From contig CAYQCC010000003.1 of NCBI GenBank assembly GCA_964415895.1, forward strand, positions 3,053-67,052: a stretch of DNA of 64,000 bases, in the 5' to 3' direction. Positions 57,387 to 64,000 of this stretch are shown piece after piece. The notes beneath the pieces are model-generated. The model saw only the letters and a program-made list of their open reading frames with translations. It ran no database searches and was not told where the DNA came from. Position 1 is the stretch's first letter, and each line of letters opens with the position of its first letter. The stretch is from an uncultured Candidatus Saccharibacteria bacterium (lineage in GTDB: Bacteria; Patescibacteriota; Minisyncoccia; Phycocordibacterales; UBA1006). The position numbers and the translations under genes are program-made.

Positions 57387-58748
57387 TTATGTTTGCAACA
57401 TGGCACGAATTTGTTCGATATCATGAATTAAGTTTGGACTCTCTGTTAGTTCGCGTGTAATCTTTTCATATGAGTGCATTACGGTTGTATGATCGCGTCC
57501 TCCTAATTTCTTTCCTATATGAGGGAATGAGATACTGTAATCTTCTCGTAAAATATACATAGCCACCTGGCGTGCCTCAACAATTTCTTTTCTACGATTC
57601 TTTTCATACATAGATGCTTCTTCAAGGTTATAAAAATGTGCCACTACCTTTACAATATCTTCCAATGAAATATTTCGTTTTGGTTTAATATTATTTTTAA
57701 TAAGAAGTTTTATTTCTTGAATATTTAATTCTCTTTTCCGTAATTCCATCTGCATAATAAGGGTGTTAATAATACCCTCTAATTCGCGAATATTACCCTC
57801 TACATGGCTCGCAATGTAATCAATTGACTCTTCGGTTAGTTGGAAATTATGAGCCTTTAATTTTGATTGTAGGATCGCACTACGAGATTCATATTCTGGA
57901 CGAGCCATATCAACAGTCATTCCGGCAGAAAATCTTGATTTTAAACGATCTTCTAGGCCTACAATATAGTTTGGGTGCTTATCAGAAGAGAATATTAACT
58001 GACGGTTCCTATCATGAAGTGTGTTAAATAAATGGAATAATTCTTCTTGAACCTTCTCTTTTCCTGCTGAGAAAAATTGAATATCATCCATAATTAATAC
58101 ATCACAAGTTCTATATTTCTCTTTAAATTGGTTTATACGGTTTGTTTGAAGTGATGAGACATAATCCATCAGGAATTTTTCAGAACTTGTATAAAAGACG
58201 TTCAAGTTTGGATTACTTGCAACCATTGCGTTCCCTACTGCTTGAACAAGGTGAGTTTTTCCAATTCCTGTTGACCCGTAAATAAATAATGGATTAAATG
58301 ACCCAGGTTTTTTAATAACAGCCTGAGCCGCAGAATACGCAACTTCATTAAATGATCCAATAATAAATGTTTCGAATGTATATTTTGGATTTAGATTATT
58401 TTTTCTTGGTACTGAATGGTCAAGTGGTAATTCTTGCATAATCTCCTTCTCCATCTTTTCTTGTTCTGTGGCAATTGGCGCAGTAACCACCTTTGTTGGT
58501 TTTTTTGCAATAATAAATTCAACTGACCTAATATTTTCTCGATGACTGCGGATAGATTTTAATACTTCGCGACTAAATTTTGTCGCAAGCCAGTCCTTAA
58601 TAAACTCATTAGGTACGCCCACAAAAAAAACGCCGTCCTCCTCGCGCACTGCGTGAGTATTTTTGAACCACGTTGTAAAATTGGCCTTTGAAACGGACAA
58701 TTCTATTTCAGCGAGTACGGTTTCCCAAAGGTTTGTGACATCCTGCAT
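57387..58748 (-). CDS. dnaA: Chromosomal replication initiator DnaA
   Basis: LNPKYTF..F, NPLFIYG.TG.GKTHL, DDIQF, RL.SRF, GGRDHTTV. Confidence 0.98.
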   Translation of the reverse strand: MQDVTNLWETVLAEIELSVSKANFTTWFKNTHAVREEDGVFFVGVPNEFIKDWLATKFSREVLKSIRSHRENIRSVEFIIAKKPTKVVTAPIATEQEKMEKEIMQELPLDHSVPRKNNLNPKYTFETFIIGSFNEVAYSAAQAVIKKPGSFNPLFIYGSTGIGKTHLVQAVGNAMVASNPNLNVFYTSSEKFLMDYVSSLQTNRINQFKEKYRTCDVLIMDDIQFFSAGKEKVQEELFHLFNTLHDRNRQLIFSSDKHPNYIVGLEDRLKSRFSAGMTVDMARPEYESRSAILQSKLKAHNFQLTEESIDYIASHVEGNIRELEGIINTLIMQMELRKRELNIQEIKLLIKNNIKPKRNISLEDIVKVVAHFYNLEEASMYEKNRRKEIVEARQVAMYILREDYSISFPHIGKKLGGRDHTTVMHSYEKITRELTESPNLIHDIEQIRAMLQT

Positions 58749-58784
58749 ACACGTTAAAAGAGAGTTACTGAGCACCTAATAAAA

Positions 58785-58875
58785 AGATATCCACAGTATA
58801 TATCCTTTTGCCTTCAATGTGAAATTAAAATCTCGGGTTTACTATGTGGATTACCTGTTGAAAAAGTGGATAACT
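58785..58875. promoter_or_regulatory. DnaA-box cluster upstream of dnaA
   Basis: ATATCCACA, TGTGGATTA, AGTGGATAA. Confidence 0.65.
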
Positions 58876-58941
58876 AAACATTTCGAAACTTGTCAAAATA
58901 CCTTGCACATTTTTTATTTTCATGTATTATGGCTCGTATCT

Positions 58942-59076
58942 ATGTCAGTTACCTACCAACCAAAGGTTAAAAAACGAAAAACAACTCACGGTTTTCTGGT
59001 TCGTCAAGCTACAACCAGCGGACGAAACACAATCCGAAACCGACGTCGCAAAGGACGAGCAAAATTAGCTGTATAA
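58942..59076 (+). CDS. rpmH: 50S ribosomal protein L34
   Basis: TYQP...KRK.THGF..R..T..GR....RR.KGR..L. Confidence 0.97.
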   Translation: MSVTYQPKVKKRKTTHGFLVRQATTSGRNTIRNRRRKGRAKLAV

Positions 59077-59164
59077 TCACCTTGTTTAACAATAAAAGCC
59101 TTATTTATAAGGCTTTTATTGTGGCTATACTTGACAAATAATCTAATATGATTATAATGCCTAG

Positions 59165-59266
59165 CTAACATTATTCACAGGTATGTGCTGTGTCTATGCC
59201 AGGGTGTTCTAAAGGGTTACGACCTTTAGAATGCCTGTTGCCAAGCTTGTGAAAGCTTGGTTTTTT
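59165..59266 (+). ncRNA. Candidate ~100-nt sRNA between rpmH and rnpA
   Basis: TTGACA(59131)-N16-TATAAT(59153), 14-bp hairpin 59202-59236, terminator CCAAGCT/AGCTTGG-T6. Confidence 0.6.
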
Positions 59267-59310
59267 AATATATATTTCCCTTTAAGTTCCAACCATGGTA
59301 TGGTTTTTAC

Positions 59311-59682
59311 ATGATTTCAAGTAAATACCGTATTTCTAAACAGCATTTCCCTGCTATTCTACGAAACCCATCCATAAATGGAGCCTATTTTCGTGCGGTT
59401 ATTGCGCCTTCATTTTCAACAAATAAGCCTCATTTTGCGGTTATTATCTCGAAAAAACATGCAAACCTCGCTGTTATACGTAATTTATTTCGACGCACTG
59501 TATATCAGGTAATACATGATAAAATAAGCCAAATACCTGTAAAATCAATCATTTTTGTCATGCAAAAAGCAGTAATATATGAAAAAACCGCGCTAGGACG
59601 AAAAAATGCCACATTACAGCTCGCTAATGACATAAACAATGTCTTAGATCAAATCATTAAAAAATATGACAAAAACAAGTAA
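59311..59682 (+). CDS. rnpA: Ribonuclease P protein component
   Basis: RI....F, FAVIISKK...AV.RN..RR; synteny. Confidence 0.88.
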   Translation: MISSKYRISKQHFPAILRNPSINGAYFRAVIAPSFSTNKPHFAVIISKKHANLAVIRNLFRRTVYQVIHDKISQIPVKSIIFVMQKAVIYEKTALGRKNATLQLANDINNVLDQIIKKYDKNK

Positions 59683-59899
59683 TTCACCTTCAAAAAAGAT
59701 TGGGATTTTTTTGATCAAAATATACCAACTCATCTTGCGACCATTATTCCCTTCCGCGTGCAGATTTACTCCAACCTGTTCCGAGTATTCAATCCAAGCA
59801 ATTGAAAAATATGGGTTTTTAAAAGGTGTAACTCTAGGGATAAAACGAATCTCGCGTTGCCATGGCGGGAATATTGGTGGATTAGATGAACTAAAATAA
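59666..59899 (+). CDS. yidD: Membrane protein insertion efficiency factor YidD
   Basis: [15 protein letters not shown]...AI.KYG..KG....KRISRCH. Confidence 0.95.
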   Translation: MTKTSNSPSKKIGIFLIKIYQLILRPLFPSACRFTPTCSEYSIQAIEKYGFLKGVTLGIKRISRCHGGNIGGLDELK

Positions 59900-59940
59900 T
59901 ATCTATCTCAAGGTCTATCTTTGTGATATACTCACATTCT

Positions 59941-60660
59941 ATGTTTAACACCATCGTTTTTATACCACTTACCAATGCGCTTGTATTTCTAACATCATTA
60001 TTATGGGGAAATATCGGACTTGCAGTTATTGTTTTAACTATATTAATAAAATTAATACTCCTACCTTTTTCATACGCTCAAACTAAAAGCCAGATTGCTA
60101 TTAAAAAGATTCAGCCATTAATTGATGATATCAAGAAGAATACACCAGACAAAACAGAACAAACTCAAAAAATAATGGCATTGTATAAGGAACACAACAC
60201 CAATCCATTATCTGGATGTTTGCCTTTAATTATTCAGTTGCCAATTATTATTGCACTCTATCAAGTATTTTTACGAGGAGCATCTGTCGATGGAAGTGTA
60301 CTATATTCATTTGTACACGCGCCAGAAACGATTTCAAATATGTTTCTAGGAATTAATATGGCAGACAAAAGTATCATCATTGCGTTAATTGCTGGAATAT
60401 CTCAGTATTTCCAATTGAAATTATCTCCAAGTATGAAGGATGATGTTGCTACTGTTACAACTGGTTCATCTGATATGCAAACAGAAATGATGGCAAATAT
60501 GTCGAAAGTTATGAAATATAGCTTACCTGTTATGATTACCGTGTTTGCAGCACTTGTTCCTGCAGCTGTTGCGTTGTACTGGGTTGTAACTAACTTGTTC
60601 CAAATTGTTCAAGAGTGGTGGATTAATAAAAAGGTTAATGCGTTAACTATAAAAGTATAA
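59941..60660 (+). CDS. yidC: Membrane protein insertase YidC (short form)
   Basis: G.A.I.LTI.IK.IL.P, NPLSGCLP.IIQLPI..ALY, LYW...N.F.I.Q. Confidence 0.95.
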   Translation: MFNTIVFIPLTNALVFLTSLLWGNIGLAVIVLTILIKLILLPFSYAQTKSQIAIKKIQPLIDDIKKNTPDKTEQTQKIMALYKEHNTNPLSGCLPLIIQLPIIIALYQVFLRGASVDGSVLYSFVHAPETISNMFLGINMADKSIIIALIAGISQYFQLKLSPSMKDDVATVTTGSSDMQTEMMANMSKVMKYSLPVMITVFAALVPAAVALYWVVTNLFQIVQEWWINKKVNALTIKV

Positions 60661-60704
60661 ATAAAAACATCTCATACGAGATGTTTTTATTTATCTATTC
60701 TTTA

Positions 60705-62294
60705 TTAATTTGCGCCACCTACACGATATGACCATAATTCATTACTAATTTTATTAATGAAAAATAAGTAGCCGGCTTCTGGATGTGATTCCATTTTAAT
60801 AATATCTATAACTTGTTTTGGAACAGCTACCTGTTCTACTGATTTTGTAGATACGGTATAGCTCCAAAGAGTATCTGAAAGATTTACTAAACCTTTATAC
60901 CAGTCGTCAGGATAAGTTCCTGTTGGAAACGAGTTAACAATACCGCAATATAATATATCGTTTGAATACCAAGCACATTTCTCTGGAAGGGTTGTGAAAG
61001 GCATATTTTGAATGGTGCCTGTAGTTATATCAACCAGACGAGTAGTTAACATGTTGCCTTCAGTGGTGGCAGTTAGTGTATGTACACCGTCCGGGCTGGT
61101 TAGTGTTGTTAGTCCTCGTAATGGTCCAAGTAATTTAGAAAATGTATTTGTTACTGGGTTAAGTCCGTACATATATCCATCAACAGACGCTGCTGAATAT
61201 GTTGTTAACGTAACAAGGTTTTTATTTACATACTGAGGCATCCATTCATTAAATGATGAACTAAATACAGGTTTCACCTGGTTTGAATCAGAAAAGCGAA
61301 TTGAACCCTTTGTCTTTAGCTTATCTGTTTCCAACGCAAAGAAGTCGCCTGTTTGTAAGTTATGTACCAACTGTGAAACGTATCCTGTAACCAAAGACCC
61401 CTTCAACTCTTTTGGTTCATTGGTATTGGCGAGCTCGGCTTCTTTTTGTATATCAACACACTCTTTTGATAGCGCATCACGCGTTGCCTGATCAACAATA
61501 CCTGTTTCTTTTAGGGCTGACATGTTTTGAACCTTTTTAACTGATGCTTCAGTTCCTTTTCCAAATATTCCGTCCAATTTTAAGTTCTGACTGAATTTGT
61601 AGTTTAAATAATCTTGTAGAATTTTTACCTGATCATTTTTATCTTTTATTTTAAGATCAGCTGTTAGTGTTGTTGTACACACTTGCGGAACTGTTATTTT
61701 TTTATCACTTGGAATAGTTAATTTAAATGTTTCAATACCATTATTCTTTTCATATCGCAGGAAGCCAACATTACCGGTTGCGTTAAATATTAATTCTTCT
61801 GCAGACGGTAAGTCAGTTTTTGTTATTTGACTGTTTAAAATTGAACTATCTTCAACTATTCCATCAAAAATATGTCCATTACGCTGATCGTTGTAGCGTA
61901 TGTGGTGAGCGGTGAAAGGAATTGTTATTTGTTTTTCTTTCCCTGTTTTCTCATCTATAACTGTTTCGATTCTTATATTTTTTACAAGAAATGAGACAAA
62001 TCCAGAAACAGGAAACGATGTTATTTTACGTAGTCGTTCTTTTGTATTGCTTGAAACAGGATTTACCTCGAGTTCAGTAATTGGGTTGTCAGTACTTGTG
62101 CCATCTATAGTTATGATTCCGTTACTCTCAGACAATGCTCTTTCGTCAAATGGGACAAGTGATTTATTTACAGAAACTGATTGAAGTGAGTTGTCATTTT
62201 TTCCTGCAAAAAAGATGAAATAAATAGTAACACCTAAAAACAGCAAAATAACAATCGCTGCAATAGTAAGAAGTCGTTTTCCGCGTTGATCCAT
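60705..62294 (-). CDS. Membrane-anchored beta-propeller-like protein with inserted peptidoglycan-binding domain
   Basis: N-terminal TM; VK.LQ.YL...DGIFG..TE..VK..Q....L..TG.VD..TR; LPEKC.W, YPDDWYKG. Confidence 0.8.
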   Translation of the reverse strand: MDQRGKRLLTIAAIVILLFLGVTIYFIFFAGKNDNSLQSVSVNKSLVPFDERALSESNGIITIDGTSTDNPITELEVNPVSSNTKERLRKITSFPVSGFVSFLVKNIRIETVIDEKTGKEKQITIPFTAHHIRYNDQRNGHIFDGIVEDSSILNSQITKTDLPSAEELIFNATGNVGFLRYEKNNGIETFKLTIPSDKKITVPQVCTTTLTADLKIKDKNDQVKILQDYLNYKFSQNLKLDGIFGKGTEASVKKVQNMSALKETGIVDQATRDALSKECVDIQKEAELANTNEPKELKGSLVTGYVSQLVHNLQTGDFFALETDKLKTKGSIRFSDSNQVKPVFSSSFNEWMPQYVNKNLVTLTTYSAASVDGYMYGLNPVTNTFSKLLGPLRGLTTLTSPDGVHTLTATTEGNMLTTRLVDITTGTIQNMPFTTLPEKCAWYSNDILYCGIVNSFPTGTYPDDWYKGLVNLSDTLWSYTVSTKSVEQVAVPKQVIDIIKMESHPEAGYLFFINKISNELWSYRVGGAN

Positions 62295-62357
62295 AATGTG
62301 AAGTATATCATAAATTAAAAAAACCTCGAACGAGGTGATTTTAACAAATAATATTAC

Positions 62358-63542
62358 CTATATATCCAACTGTCTGAACCCTTTATCTTTCGAAGAAGCG
62401 TCACATGACCATTGATTGTTCATAATATTTTGATATGAACGAATAACTTTTGGTCCATACGTTCGGTTTTCTGCATAGCCTTGACCACAAATCCATTTTG
62501 CCTTCCCGCAGGAACCGTTGGCATTTGCACCCTTTCCTCCATTATATGCGTGTGCAGCATATCTAACAATTCCTGAGCCAGCTGAGTTTCCAGGATTAGC
62601 AATGAAACCTTTAATAAGACCTGCTGCCATTGTTGCGTTTGTTTTAGGAACATCCAAATCAATACCGTTTCTTTTGAGCGATGCATGTACTTGCGCCTGC
62701 AGTGAAGCGTTCCATAGATAACTAATAGTTTGTCCTGGAAAATCTGCCTGAACCTTGGCTCTGATCGCTGCGGGTACAGTATCATAAGCAGTTGTTGGCA
62801 TGATTTGAATGATTCCACGCGCACCAACAGGACTTAAGGTGTTCTGGCCCGCAGTTGACTCAACATACATAAATGCTTTTAGAACACCACAATCAAGGCC
62901 TGCTGCTTGCGCTGCCTCTTTCAATACGGTGTCGTATGTCGTTACATTTCTATTAAGGATATTGGTTACGCTTAATGGAGTATTGCTTTTACCAGAACCA
63001 GAGGCTCCCTGCTCATCAGCAAGATTAGCAACGCTTAAGAGGCTGATACTTGTTAGGTCTGGCTCCACAATCAACAAATCTGGATTAATCGTTCTTAGAA
63101 TTATTGTAATACCAAGCAACAACATCAAACCAAGAATAACCTTTGTAATCTTGTCTTTTAACTGAGCAAACGTACCCACATTCTTGTCTTCTGCTGCGTA
63201 CTGAAATCCGTACACAACTAACATAACAACACCTAATACTCCTGCTATTCCAATACCTATCTCCATCGCAAAGTTAATGAAACCCCCAATTCCTCCTGTA
63301 CCTCCTGTTTTTCCAAGATCAATACTCTCTACAGGTACTCCATCACTTCCTGGTAATGCCTCAAGGAGTACATAACAGTCTCCCGCTTTAGCGGTACTGT
63401 CACATTTGGGGACGATGGAAGGAACAACTCCATTTTGGGGTGTCTGAGCAAGGGTCGTCGTCCCAAATAGAAATATGCCAACAATTATCGAAATCAAGAG
63501 AAAATAAGTCTTCATATAATAAACAGAGTATATCATGTCCAT
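62358..63542 (-). CDS. CPR pilin-like (TrbC/VirB2-type) protein fused to a lytic transglycosylase (SLT) domain
   Basis: GIAGVL.V.M....G.QY...I....LGL.......IL.TINPDL; AFMYVES, GARGIIQIMP.T, AYNGG. Confidence 0.82.
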   Translation of the reverse strand: MDMIYSVYYMKTYFLLISIIVGIFLFGTTTLAQTPQNGVVPSIVPKCDSTAKAGDCYVLLEALPGSDGVPVESIDLGKTGGTGGIGGFINFAMEIGIGIAGVLGVVMLVVYGFQYAAEDKNVGTFAQLKDKITKVILGLMLLLGITIILRTINPDLLIVEPDLTSISLLSVANLADEQGASGSGKSNTPLSVTNILNRNVTTYDTVLKEAAQAAGLDCGVLKAFMYVESTAGQNTLSPVGARGIIQIMPTTAYDTVPAAIRAKVQADFPGQTISYLWNASLQAQVHASLKRNGIDLDVPKTNATMAAGLIKGFIANPGNSAGSGIVRYAAHAYNGGKGANANGSCGKAKWICGQGYAENRTYGPKVIRSYQNIMNNQWSCDASSKDKGFRQLDI

Positions 63543-63571
63543 TCATAAGAAAAAACCACCCTGATTGGTGA

Positions 63572-64000
63572 TTAGTTTTCTGGCCCTTGGAAAAAGAGAG
63601 AAACAGAGCTTGTTAAAGATTGCAAGAATGTTTTTGGATTTTCTATAGCCACTTTAAATATTGCTTGTCCTGCTTGTCCAGGATTCTGTACCAACAGCTC
63701 TCTTTTAATGGATCCAGGCTCCAAATAAAGTGTGTCATTGTTTATTTTCCAAGCATAATTTAGATCTGCAGCATTAGCTATTGTTGAAAAGAAATAGGGT
63801 TCTGACACAAGGGTTACATTACCATTTGTAATGCGTAATCCTCTATCAATAGATGCTAGTTTCCTATAATTGTTTTCGTTTTTGTAATACCAGTGAATCT
63901 GAGGATTTCCAATAGGAACTACGACTGTTTTTTGGGCTCGTGTACTGTTGTTAACATCTGAAACATCTACGCTAATCTTTTCTGTTGCACGTAGTCTATT
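63572..64000 (-). CDS. Ig-like repeat surface protein, 3' part (start outside window)
   Basis: Frame is open from the window end; EPYFFS....L.Y.W.IN motif. Confidence 0.7.
   Translation of the reverse strand, partial: NRLRATEKISVDVSDVNNSTRAQKTVVVPIGNPQIHWYYKNENNYRKLASIDRGLRITNGNVTLVSEPYFFSTIANAADLNYAWKINNDTLYLEPGSIKRELLVQNPGQAGQAIFKVAIENPKTFLQSLTSSVSLFFQGPEN

Noticed and set aside
59165-59266. SRP (4.5S) RNA or RNase P RNA
   Set aside because: Lacks the SRP domain IV GGAA/CAGG/AGCA motif and is far too short for rnpB
1-64000. Alternative genetic code (UGA=Gly, as in Gracilibacteria/Absconditabacteria)
   Set aside because: Conserved genes are full length under code 11 with no in-frame TGA

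Overview
A 64 kb AT-rich chromosomal window from a Patescibacteria (CPR, Parcubacteria-like) genome using the standard code. The taxonomic call is inferred from CPR-type pilin/SLT fusions, tRNA-Arg(GCG), apparently leaderless genes and a shortened HolA. From left to right: (1) a ~12.6 kb element integrated at the 3' end of tRNA-Ser(TGA), carrying a large serine recombinase, a HEPN protein and a type I RM system with an embedded Shedu nuclease. Its far end holds two short cassettes that would supply new C-termini to the recombinase on excision. (2) An HNH gene and a second recombinase remnant. (3) A VOC/SRPBCC/DUF1801/DinB accessory cluster with a degenerate prenyltransferase-fold gene behind a tRNA-Ala-like leader, an AdoMetDC-SET fusion and AlaX. 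(4) An attenuator-controlled operon of an unknown gene, a PIG-L deacetylase and a GT4 glycosyltransferase. (5) An ECF sigma/MacAB-type cluster with three conserved promoters. (6) Core genes rpsT, ruvA, ruvC, polA, PBP1a and tyrS, plus tRNA-Arg and tRNA-Lys. (7) A tandem regulator//methyltransferase+SLOG module. (8) The oriC region dnaN-dnaA-rpmH-rnpA-yidD-yidC, with a candidate sRNA. No CRISPR array or rRNA was seen. All family calls are by eye from motifs; no database searches were run.
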